From Chrysomallon squamiferum (Eukaryota > Animalia > Mollusca), in the NCBI GenBank assembly GCA_012295275.1, contig CM022665.1:9300001-9364000 (forward strand): a stretch of 64,000 bases of DNA. Reading direction: 5' to 3'. Both the position numbers and the translations under genes were made by a program. Under the pieces are notes generated by a model. It was given only the letters and a program-made list of their open reading frames with translations, was not told where the DNA came from and did not search any database. This document shows positions 27,278 through 39,055 of this stretch, piece by piece. Each line of letters starts with the position of its first letter. Position 1 is the first letter of the stretch.

Positions 27278-28371
27278 TTAAAATCTCCTGGTAATGTAAT
27301 AGGAACAATTTATTTTTTGTTTGTAATAATAATAATAATAATAAAGAAATATGGTTTTATAAAAGACATTCGCTGATGGATTTGAAGTGCAACAGAAGTG
27401 CACAGAATTATACCTAGTAGTTCGTTTTGAAAATTATATATTTGATGTCAAAGATTACTTTTTATCTAATCAATAAAATTATACTGCATATTTGATTTGT
27501 ATTAGAAATAACAATATAAAACGTATTGAACAAACCACCACCCTTTGATCCACACATACTACAAAACTCCATCAAAAGCCGATGGAGTGGTGAGCGTCTC
27601 ATCTTCGGGTCATTTGGGACTGACAGACGAACGATTTTCGAAAGTTGGCTAGCGTAATAACAAACACGATTCTTCGCAGACATTATAATTATGGACATGT
27701 TATTTATTTATTTATTTATTTATTCCGATAGTGGTTACTGATTTTACAAACTGTCGATAAATCTACCGACATCCATCTCGCGACCACAATATACAGCCAA
27801 CTAAAACACGCACAAAAACTTTTTATGTAAGGTCAAATCAATTAGGAAAACATTCTTGGTAAAAACATAAATTGAGGATATGTCTGGAGAACAATCAATT
27901 CTGGACTAACTAAAAATTAGGATTTTGTTAATAATTTACAAAATAATTCACAACATCTTTGCGACTGGAGATTGCACACGCTGCAGTACAGATTGCATGC
28001 AATGACGAGGACACAGTCTTGCAGGCCTTTTTCATCTGCTCGAGAACGACTATTCATTAACTATGTAGATTATATTCTTCAAAAACTCTTTGGTACTGAT
28101 TTCATATTATATTACCTTTAAAATTACATTTGAAATATTATATTTATAAACTCGAAAATATTTCTCTGGGGCAAAATAACTAAAACAATTTGGGCTTCAT
28201 GTAAAACGTTAAAAGAAAACAAAACTTATACTCTGATGTCCCTTTTTAAATAATGTATGAACAGAGTGCATTTGAACAACCGCATCGGAAAGAAATATTA
28301 CAGTTACCGGATTATATTTGCAACATGCACGAAAGGCTTTGAATTACAAACATAAATCTAAGATCTACAAG

Positions 28372-28413
<42 letters not shown>

Positions 28414-28417
28414 AACA

Positions 28418-30245
28418 ACAAAGTATTACTTTTTTTTGTATTCAGAATGAGGTAAAACTAACTGAACATGTAATTTCGTCACACTTATTTCTCGTTTAAT
28501 AATTGGACCGAAACATGAATAATTAATAAAACTGAATTTCAACCTAGTCTGTAATAAAAATATATGAATTAAAATAATAATAATAATTTTTAAATTAATA
28601 TTTGTAAGTTAGAATGTTTTATATAACCTTGACGGAATTACATGTTCAAAGTTACTGTTATGTCTCACAACTCACCTGGAGTCTTGACACGTCATTTTGA
28701 CGGTTAATGTTTAAGCATTAAAATTTATTAATATTTATTAATGTGCAGTGAACTGTTGTTTACACAGATATTTTGACATAGCCGATATACAATAGAGGAC
28801 AAATTAATCGTCAAAAATATATCTGGCTTTTATTTTATTTTTCATTTCTAATTTACTGGTGCTATGACAGCATTCTTGTAATATGCACGAAAGACTCTGA
28901 AATACAGATATAATAACTGCAGTTTCTACCAAAATAGTAATAACAAAGAAAAAAATAAAATAAAATAAGAAGAAAAATTAAGAAACAAAGTATTACTTTT
29001 ATCGCATAGATAACACGCTTCCAGCCTGATTCTGACACGTCAGATTTGGAATGAAAGATTTCAATTTTTTTTTTTTCCCCCCGTTTTGTTTTGTTTTCAA
29101 ACGCTCTCGCAAGGTTACGCATGCGTAAATACCATATGCACTCATATGAACATGGCACAGTGTTTTAAATCATTAACAGATATCATTTTAGACGTAATAA
29201 TACAAAATTTATGTTGGGTAATCATATATTTATAAATTTCAGTAAGTTAGTATTCAGAATGAAGTAAAAATTAATGAACACGTAATTTCGTCACACTTAT
29301 TTCTCATTTAATAATTAGACTGACATGAATAATTAATAAAATTGAATTTCAACCTATTTTGTAATAACTATATTAATAACATTTTTATATATTTGTAAGT
29401 TACATTTTTTTTATATAACCTTGACGGAATTACATGTTCATAATTCAGTTACGGTTATATCTCAAAACCTCACCTTGACACGTCATTTTGACGGTTAATG
29501 TTTAAATATTAAAATTTATTAATGTCCAGTGAAACTGTTGTTTAGATTTATATTTTGACAAAGCAAATATACAATAGAAAACAAATAAATTGTTAAATAT
29601 TTATCTGGCTTTTTTCTTGTTTGTTTCATTTCTAAGTTACTGCTGCTATGACAGTATCCTCGCAACACGCCCGAAAGACTCTGAAATAGAGATATAACAA
29701 CTGCAATATCTATGGCAATAATAACAATGATAAAGAAAACAAAAATTATTTTTATTTTTTTTTTTTTTTTTTTTTTTAGAAAGTAGAAAAAAAGAAAAAA
29801 GAAAAAAAGAAACAAAGTATTACTTTTATCACGAATATAACGCACTTCCTGCCCGATCCTGCCATGTCAAATTTGATGGAAAAAATCTGTGCTCTGTTGG
29901 AATGCACATTTCAGAGTTGGTCCGTATCGTTTCGTTTTCAAATCATCGCACGAAGTTGCGCATGCGTAAATATCACATGCGCTCAAGTGAAGGTGGCGCA
30001 GTATTTTCAAGTTTTGCAATATTTTTAATCAGCATATATCATTTTAGAATTGATTGCATTAGGAAGGCATACGTATTTAAAAGTTTTGCAATATTTTTAA
30101 TTAGCATATATCATTTTAGAGGTAAAAATACAAAGTTTATTTTCGGTAATAAAATATTTATACATTATTCTGTATTTAACATCAATAAATTATCATTCTG
30201 AATGAGATAAAAATGAGTGAATGTGTATTTTCGTTGTACTTATTG
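28418..30245. repeat. Tandem segmental duplication, two units of ~810-950 bp plus a partial third
   Basis: gtattcagaatga...gtaatttcgtcacacttatttctc at ~28438 and ~29249, and a degenerate copy at ~30195; shared aaccttgacggaattacatgttca, tgacacgtcattttgacgg, aaagactctgaaata, cgcatgcgtaaat. Confidence 0.9.
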
Positions 30246-30430
30246 TAACATGGACCAACTCATTGTTTGCATACGTAATAGTACGTATTAGAAGTTGAAT
30301 GCTTTTTGTTTTAACGAAAAAGAGTGAAAATTTAATTTTTAACTAATGCTTTAGCAGAATAACTTGTCCACATTATGGTACCTAATGACAATAGTCATCT
30401 TCATAGTCATGCGCCAGTGTGTGAAAAAAA

Positions 30431-30514
<84 letters not shown>

Positions 30515-30566
30515 GGCGATGTAATATCTGAAAAAATATATAGTAGGAAACGTGTACGAGATGGTA

Positions 30567-30795
30567 TGACGTCAAGGTTCTAAAAAATAAAAAATATAAA
30601 GGTTTTCGATCTTTGTAGCAATTTCTACTCAATAACAGACATCTATATATACGAGGCATTGATTAAATGACATATTTCCACAAATTAGTTTTAATAATCC
30701 ATGTAGAATTGATTACATTAGGAAGGCATACGTATTTATAAGTTTGTAAACACTGACTGGCGTTCGGTCGGAAGTTTCCTGAGCTCACGGAAGTT
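30567..30795. promoter_or_regulatory. Orphan promoter-like motif cluster (CRE TGACGTCA, two ETS CGGAAG)
   Basis: tgacgtca 30567-30574; cggaagt at ~30769 and ~30788; CpG-enriched relative to the introns. Confidence 0.45.
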
Positions 30796-31259
30796 TTTAA
30801 ACTTCAATTATTTAGCGTCTGTTTTCTGAATTTTTTCAGCTTTACACTGATAAAGATAAGGATAGTTGTTCATATTACCAAACCTTGATATCACGCGCCT
30901 TTCATAACTACTTTTTCAACTTAATCAAACTTTTCAAACTGGATTATGTTTGTGCAAATGCGTGCATAATAAACTAAAATTATAATTCGGTATAAGATTA
31001 ATTTCTAACTGGCAATATTCCCCGTGTCAGAACCCAACAGAAAAGAACGTTCAGGTGTAGTTTGCATCCATTAAATTCTGGAGGCATTTTTTTCCAGTGG
31101 CGTAATTTGTGCCGTTACGAGTTATCGTTCCTGTTGGTCCATGCTACTAAATGCTCATTTAATACTTAGATTGACAACATAATTTTATTTATTTATTTAT
31201 TTATTTATTTTTTGGCTCTAGAAAGCTGAAGTTTTGTATCCATATTATCAAGTTGTATG

Positions 31260-31497
31260 TAGAATTTGAAAAAAATAAAATAAAATAAAAAAAATAAAAA
31301 TAAAGAAATAAATAAAATAAAAACAATATTCAGATGAATTATTTATTGTATGATCTGCAGACGGAGAAATCTCATTGTTGAGGTGTAGGCAGAATTTGAA
31401 AAAAAAAAAAAAAATAATAATAATAAAAAAATAAAAAAATGTCCAGATGAATTATTTATTGTATAATCTGCAGACTAATAAATCTCATTGTTGAGGT
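31260..31497. repeat. ~130-bp direct duplication
   Basis: agaatttgaaaaaaa...cagatgaattatttattgta.atctgcagac...aaatctcattgttgaggt twice. Confidence 0.85.
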
Positions 31498-32201
31498 ATT
31501 TTCTTAGTCAGGAATGAAAGAAAGATTCCCCTATACACCCCTAACTACATAATGTTCTGGTTTCTTTTTACACGACAAAGCACAGAAATAATGATTTGTT
31601 GTATAATAAATAAATAAAAACCTATCTTGAAGTGGGTTTTTGAATATTTCATTATTTTCATTATAATTTAAAACACTTCATATCACATGATCAGAAAATA
31701 ATTTGTTCAGAATATCAGAAAGTCAGTTTAGACATGTATGACATCTGAGTTCAAGTCTTTATTATTCTTTATAAATTTTGATTCATCTGTTCTGTATTTC
31801 TAATTTTGTTAATTTTCTAATTAAGTCTGTGATGGTGAAAGCTGACTTTAGTCTCTGTTCCTTCTTTTCTTTGGCCTTTACTTATAAACTGGATATCTTA
31901 AATTTTCATTAAAAATAATACTGGAGGAAACTTTAAAAGGTTCACAATGGGAATTGTTGTACCATAAAAAAGAACCCGTACATAATCTTAATTTGGTATT
32001 TTAAATATTTTACAGATTAATTTTGAGAACAAATGTATTAACTGTAAAATGGAATTGTCCCCTCTCTTTTTTTACTTTTATTTTTATTTTGAGTGGGAAT
32101 TTATTCTTTTCTACTACAAATATAACAAACAATATTCAAACAATCTGTTATAAATCATACTGATGCTCTGTTTCTTGATTCATTGTTTCTTCTACATTTT
32201 A

Positions 32202-32258
32202 TCATGTCAACTGAAAATCTATGGAAAGTCTTGCCATTATTTCATTGTCTGGAGTCAT
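32202..32258 (-). CDS. EF-hand gene last coding exon
   Basis: MTPDNEIMARLSIDFQLT*. Confidence 0.8.
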   Translation of the reverse strand: MTPDNEIMARLSIDFQLT

Positions 32259-33912
32259 CTAAAAACAAATAAATAAACATGATTTGTCAGAAATGAAATT
32301 TCATTATATTAAAACACTGAGTTATTCATTTATATATTTAAATAAAAAAACAAAACAAAAAAAACACAAATGTCATCCTTATTTTGTAATAATTAATATA
32401 AAATGTTGATATATTGCATTTCTTTAAAATAAAATTTCAAGCAGTAAAACACCTGTATATGCATATAAAGTATTAATGATAAATTGTTTCAAAAGTTTAC
32501 TCAACAATGTACAAAAGTAAGCATTCATCTTACCCTACAGAATTCATCTTTAGTTATCTCTCCTTGTTTAGCCAGGTCTGGATGTTTCAGAGCCTTGAAT
32601 GTCAAATCAAGAATTTGGTCATCTGTGACTGCTCTGTCAAACAGTGTCTTGTAGATGCGAAACATTTCATCATGCATGAAAACCTTTGTATCGTGCACAT
32701 CAAACAACTCAAACAAGACTGAAATAGACAAATTATTTGGTGTCAAATTTCACTCCAGCTGTGTCCATTAGAGAAAAGTATTCTGACCAATTTAAAAATG
32801 AAGTTGTCAAATTCAGGAAAAGATCCAGGATTTTTGATCCAGTGGCACCATCTTTACACAGAATTTAATTTGCAAGTTGAAATGGTTTATTATAAATAAT
32901 AATAATTATAAAGAGTAGAATAAATTAATAATATTGACATTTTCCTATTTACTACTATGTAATTTAAAGAAAATCCTAACAGACTGAATAAAGTTGATTT
33001 CTCTTCAGTCAGTCAGGTTAATAATAAAATTTTGGAAGTGTTGAATAGTAGGTTGTTTCTCTGTATTATTAAAAAACTACATTTTAAATCATATAATAAC
33101 TTACACTCTTTTTTAACATTTGGAGATGTCCGAATACTGAAAATTGTGCAAATCATCAGAAATTGTTTGGGATAGATTCGGTTATTTACATCAATAAATT
33201 TAGCTACAACATGAGGAGCAAATTTGTTTCCTGCAAACTCTGGAATGGACAAAACATCATGGTACAGTATGCCATGGGACCCTCTCTCAGAACCATCAAA
33301 AGAAGAATAGCGTTGTAACAATTTTTCTAGTTCTCTGTCCTTAACTGGAAAATTAAAAAATCAATAATATGAACAACAACAACAAAACTTTAAGCAGAGA
33401 TTTATTATTTATATTTAGAGGTGGTTTTATGATTCAGTGCTAACTATATTAAATTATGTTGTCAGTGAACAGGGTTTTTATAATGCAGAATTAATTATAA
33501 ATGGCATTCAGTGAATGATAAGTTTTATTAATGTAATTATTATATATATATATATCTATAGAAACATTTATGTGTTATTTTTTTGTAACATATAAATGTT
33601 TAGAAGCACCAGATAACTGTAAATTATCCTCACAAGTTTAATTATTGAAAATAAAATTAAAATAGGCTTACTAAAGTTCAATATTTTGTAGTGTCTGTAA
33701 CTCAAAGTTATAAACTTACATGGTGTCAATTTCTTTAACTCATTAAGTTCATCTTGTGAAAGAACTGATAATATGGAACCTTGGTTTCCCTATTTAAAAG
33801 AAAAACAAATAAAAAGCTAAAACATTTCACTATTTTTCATTAGATTGGTTTGGACAAAAAATATTCACAAAATAAAAATAAAAATAAAAATAAATAAATA
33901 AATAAAATAAAA

Positions 33913-33969
<57 letters not shown>

Positions 33970-34173
33970 AGACTGAGGATCTTTTATTCGAAAAGCTTAG
34001 GATCGTATTTCGGATTTTGGAGTATGACGAGTGTCTGAGAATAAGATCTAAATTAAATCCAAAATCCATTTCTGTTTCATATACAGTTATACACAGTTTA
34101 CAGATACTTTTAATAATATATTTTAAAAAAAAATAATTTTGTGCATGAAATATAGTTTGTGTTCGTTAACCAT
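32202..34173 (-). CDS. Calcineurin-B / CIB / CHP-family EF-hand protein (~184 aa), N-myristoylation motif MGNQGS
   Basis: Exons: ATG 34171-34173 (inferred), 33720-33789, 33105-33344, 32534-32718, 32202-32258 (TGA). Family-like segments LSQDELNELKKLTPF, VLSIPEFAGNKF, KEFLFELFDVHD, GEITKDEF, PD...LSIDF; phases consistent. Confidence 0.85.
32534..32718 (-). CDS. EF-hand gene coding exon 4
   Basis: LFELFDVHDTKVFMHDEMFRIYK...DLAKQGEITKDEFCR. Confidence 0.88.
33105..33344 (-). CDS. EF-hand gene coding exon 3
   Basis: FKDRELEKLLQRYSSFDG...TSPNVKKE. Confidence 0.88.
33720..33789 (-). CDS. EF-hand gene coding exon 2
   Basis: GNQGSILSVLSQDELNELKKLTP, donor T|GTAAGT. Confidence 0.85.
33916..33968. 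repeat. (AAT)n microsatellite
   Basis: direct reading. Confidence 0.9.
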
Positions 34174-34712
34174 AAGGTAACTGAAAAACATTACTATCTC
34201 GACTGCTCGAGAAAAATTTAGAATTTTGTAATCTCGAAAAAAGGATCCGCAACCTAATAATAATAATAATAATAACAATAATAGGAAAAATGTATTTTCA
34301 TTTGTTGGCACTTTGTAATAACTGTTTAAAAATACTAACTCTTACATTTCACACATCATGTATTATATGATTTATCGTACGATAAAGATATTTTAATATA
34401 CGTGGTCGTTACGGTGTTTGTTTTCATCACGACAAAATAATCAAAAATGGCGTGTGCTAATAGAGTTTTTAAGTTTATATTTTCATGATAACAGCAAATA
34501 AACTATAATTATTCAGCTTTTAACTAATTAAATTCTAACCATGGTTTATGTGCTTTATGTAGTCATTCACCTAAATTCCCAAATGAATTTGAATGCCACC
34601 TGTAACGAATATTTTCGCGAATAAACATTGGAGGGGAAATAATACAGAATAAAAGGTGTTTACTTTATTTGGTTACCTTACAGCAAATCAATTCTCATTG
34701 ATATCGAGTTAA

Positions 34713-34747
<35 letters not shown>

Positions 34748-34769
34748 TTTAAATTAAATATACGTTAAA

Positions 34770-34811
<42 letters not shown>

Positions 34812-36821
34812 TTAAATAAATAATATAAAATTAAATAATTTTACAGATTTTCAGATGAAAATTATATTGATTATTATGAAATCTGTATGGTAAAATGTAT
34901 TACTGGTTTGCTTGATGCCACATAACTTGTAAACCTGTGGAACTGGTACATAGTGCCTGTCCATGGAAATGACTAGTAGGTAATAATAGTAGTAAACAAT
35001 TGAACTATATGTATTAATTGTAATTAAATGATAGTTTCATGTAGTTATTGTCACCTTATATCAGAAAACACAGCATATAACTAATCCAATATTTTTGCAT
35101 TTTTTAAACAATAAAAAAAGAAGAGAACTGCAAATTACTTAACTTTAAAACTGAAAGAATTTGTAATTTTTGTATTTGAGGACTGGTCTATTATAAAATA
35201 AACATGAAATTCATGTTATAATAAATGTATTTTGTGAAATGTGTTAACTTTTTATTCATAATTTGATTATATAAGGTTTATTTTGGAAATTCTACAAAAT
35301 GAAATTTAATAAGAATTACTTTCATTACTGTCCACTTGCTGTAAAAATATAAATTTATTGCAAAACAAAGAAATATAACTATTATTTATTAATGTCTCAA
35401 ATAACATTTAGTTAAAAAGGAGAAAAAAGGTTTAAGAGTCTGTTCAAATGATTCATAAACAATTATATTTGTGAGACCTTAGGGGACATCAGTTATAAAA
35501 TATGAGACCACTTTTTACAAAGTTTCTAAACACATTGAAATGTACTACTTATTATATTCATTTCCTTCCAGGACCCCCAAAATTACTAATTTAATTACTT
35601 CTTTGTTAGTATTTTCATATGCAGTATCTAAAATTAGATAGAAATATAAAATTATAATATTTGAGGTGTCTACTGATTGTTTTCTAATAGTGTGATAAAA
35701 TCATTTTTGATATCATCTGAATCTATTCAAATACATGACAGAATGATCTAATTACCCACAAAATAAACATTTTTCACTTAGTTGTTTTCTCAAAAAGGAA
35801 CAAATCTTCATTTTTATAAATGAGATATCCAGCAAAATGAAATTTCTGTATTAACCGATACCAAGAATTTTATTTTTATTTCTTAATTCTTTTAATTATC
35901 ACAAGTTTCACAATAACAGGTATAGGTTTGGAGTTTTTTTTCAGTTTTTTTCTTTTCTTCTTTCATTTAAATAAAGACTATAGTAACAATTACAAAAAAC
36001 ACAATATATATTTTAAAAACATTTTATTATATTTATACGAAACAAATCATTAACATGTTAATATACAATAAGACTTTGATGCAAAATAAAAACAATATAA
36101 ATATATTCTGTTTTTATAATCTGAAGTAAACAATATGTTTGTAATGGTTTCTGGGTTATCTTTCCTGTGTGAACTGGCTGGGTTTTTTTTTCTGTTTATT
36201 TTCAGTGCTCAGTTGACTTTACGGGTGTTCATGGAACATCCGTATATACAGCTAAAGCCATTTTTTCCCATAACTGTGATTGTCCACTACAATACTTTAA
36301 ACATTTTAATAGTAGTTGTAACAACAGAACCATTTTCATGTGACATAACTGCCTTCATGACATTCCTTTGAAATTCGTGTTCTAAAACCTCAGTAAAAAG
36401 ATAACATTTTGTCCAATTTTGCATTCCTTATAATAAAAATAATGTAGAGTATATTTTAATATTTTCCAACAACATATATATCAGTATTTATTAAAATGTT
36501 TTAATGTCTCCTTGAGTGATAGCAAATTATTTCAGTAATAAAATATGTAAAAATGTTAAATATTTAAAACATTATGCCTAGAATAAAACTAATATTGCAA
36601 AGGTATTTGACTTTTCTAAAACCATATTGCAGCTAGTTAAAATATATTTAAGTAAATGATGGAGAATCAACCCTTGCAATGGCAATTTATAAAATGCATA
36701 TTCTAATAATTCTTTTTTATATCAAAAGCCTGAAATCCCTGTTTTAAATGAGTTACTCAGTGATGTCATGATCCATGATTATAATATCAGAGTAATTGTA
36801 ACATATCTTTTCTTCCAGTTG

Positions 36822-36965
36822 TCAGATAACAAAATCAACACTGACAGAATTCCCCTCCTTGACATGGACAATGTGTATCTGTTGTTGTTCTGTGCCCCAA
36901 ACCCCTGAACTAACTGCATAAGTTCCAGGATTAACAACAATATGAACATCTTCTGTTCTTTGCAA
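36822..36965 (-). CDS. AKIP1: AKIP1 last exon
   Basis: LQRTEDVHIVVNPGTYAVSSGVWGTEQQQIHIVHVKEGNSVSVDFVI*. Confidence 0.9.
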   Translation of the reverse strand: MQRTEDVHIVVNPGTYAVSSGVWGTEQQQIHIVHVKEGNSVSVDFVI

Positions 36966-39055
36966 CTAATTAAAGAAAAAATAACATACAATAATAACAT
37001 GTACAAAATATGACAATATTGCAATGGGAAATAAATGTCTAGAAAGCAATTTTCTCTAATGTTATTATATATTGTATTTTAAAAAAAATTGTATCTGACA
37101 GCAGTGTCAGTGTTCTCATTATGCAATATTAATTATCTGATTTAATCACAAAATTCAAAGCTGATGAGATAGCTGCAGTCACTGAGAAAATGCAATATAT
37201 TTTCAAAATCTATGAATATTTAGGTTTCCTTTGCTTGATAATTAATTTAGATTACCATTGTTTCAAATGATTGCTTTTGTCTGTAACTTTATGCTTACAA
37301 ATAATCACTGTTTGTTCACTGATGATATGAAATAAATAATTTTTCTTACAGCTGCCTATGTTTCAGTCTTGAAATCCTTCTGCAAATTTCAAGTAGAAAT
37401 GCTCATCTATTTTAATGAATGAAAATAATGATAATAATTTTTTTAAATTCTTACAGGATTTCCTTTGCTCTTTGGAATATTTTCCTTGTTATGAAATCTT
37501 CTACAGTGTAGATCATCAGCAGGAGATTTATAATGGACACTTTTATACAATCTCTGAAAATAAATAGATTACAATTTTTATTATTTTTTAAAATTAAATT
37601 ATTGTAGATCCAGTAGCTTTTCACATGAAATCTTGTCATTTATTTTAAAAAATACAGGTCTTTATATGTCTGGAAACAAATATGGTGTGTATTTTTTAAG
37701 AAGTTAGATCTATAGTAGAAAATATAATTAGGTACATTTTCTAAAAGTTTAGTTTTCCACACCATATTTAATTAAGTGAAAAATGCACTGATAAAAGTCT
37801 CATCTATTCAGAAAAATGTGATGATCACTATAAAAGCACTGAATGGTTAAATAATCCTAGAATTTAAATTGGTCCACAGACCTTGCACTGGCGTGTTGTT
37901 GTTGACATGTATTGAAGAACCGAGGCAAATGCTTCATCTAAAGTTGTGTATACCAACGGATCCTAGGAAAATAGAAACAGAACACTTAAAATAGTCATTT
38001 GCAAAGTAACCAGATTCATTCAAATAGATTTCTTAGTTACATCATTTGACATAAATAAATGAAATTCATGAGGTTTTATGAATGTTGAAGACAAAACACT
38101 ACAGCTGTTGCTGATAGTAATAAAATAAAACAGTATTTATTATCAAATGTTTTGGTTTCTCTAATAGCTAATGTTAACAGCCTGGACAAAGACATTTTTA
38201 AAATGTTTGCTACATAAACTTTTTATAAAACTGCTTATAGGCAAGATGAAAATATAATTTGTAATATGCATTTTTACACTGTGATTAAATATATCAGATG
38301 GATTCATGGTATGCAACTACCCCTTAAAATGGTTTTCAAATATCCTTTCATGATTAATCTCTCTCCACCTCAAATAGAGGTATATTAATCCAGTTAATAA
38401 ATGAATCAGAACACAGTTTTTGTAATGTTTTTGCAATTTTTGTAATGTACCTCAACTGGATTCTGTCCATATTCTTTCTCTTTTGGCCAATGAACACGGC
38501 GTGCTGTAGCTCTCTCAAGTACTTGCTGACCAATATGTGATGCACGTTTTAATGTATTTTCTGCCCAAATATTACCAACTGGATTCTGCAATAATACATT
38601 TTTTGATATACCAAAATTACTACACAAAATAATAGGTAAAGCAGTATTGTGGGTTCAGCAAATATATATGGTGAAATAAATTTAAAACTGATGAAGCAAA
38701 GATGTTTAACATGAATTCATAAATAACAAATTATATCATCATGATCATTAGAAATCTACACAGAACTTCAACACTGACATCTTCATATACTCATATAGTT
38801 TAACCGATAAACTGAACGTTTTAACGAAAACTGATAAGTACAGTGTTCGTTGTATGGAAGCGGTGTTATCATTATATGTAATTAATTTATAACAATTTAA
38901 ACATGTAGGAACATGCAGACTAATTTAGACTAGAGTCCCCAAGTCTTACTCTTACTCTTACTCTTAGTCTAAGTCTGTCACCATAAATACTTAAACTATT
39001 TTTGTTCTGTTATCGAATCCTAAATCAATGAAAAGCAAATAACCTGATCGCACAT
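36822..39055 (-). CDS. AKIP1: A-kinase interacting protein 1-like (AKIP1/C11orf17/BCA3), ~156 aa
   Basis: Exons 39044-39055 (MCDQ, uncertain), 38451-38585, 37882-37962, 37455-37553, 36822-36965. TLKRASHIGQQVLERATARRVHW resembles human SLQRSARLALEVLERAKRRAVDW; TLDEAFASVLQYMSTTTRQC resembles TLSASFRTMAEFMDYTSSQC; DVHIVVNPGTYAV...HIVHVKEGNSVSVDF resembles DLYIEVYPGTYSV...HVVAVDSGQSVDLVF (human sequence recalled from memory). Confidence 0.88.
37455..37553 (-). CDS. AKIP1: AKIP1 exon
   Basis: RLYKSVHYKSPADDLHCRRFHNKENIPKSKGNP. Confidence 0.85.
37882..37962 (-). CDS. AKIP1: AKIP1 exon
   Basis: DPLVYTTLDEAFASVLQYMSTTTRQCK. Confidence 0.88.
38451..38585 (-). CDS. AKIP1: AKIP1 exon (N-terminal conserved helix)
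   Basis: NPVGNIWAENTLKRASHIGQQVLERATARRVHWPKEKEYGQNPVE. Confidence 0.88.

Noticed and set aside
30800-31180. Telomerase RNA
   Set aside because: A gagtt...ctg string resembles P6.1, but there is no CTAACCCT template in the region on either strand
36135-36430. Coding-looking block downstream of AKIP1
   Set aside because: No frame stays open across the whole block with usable splice sites or family similarity; most likely AKIP1 3' UTR
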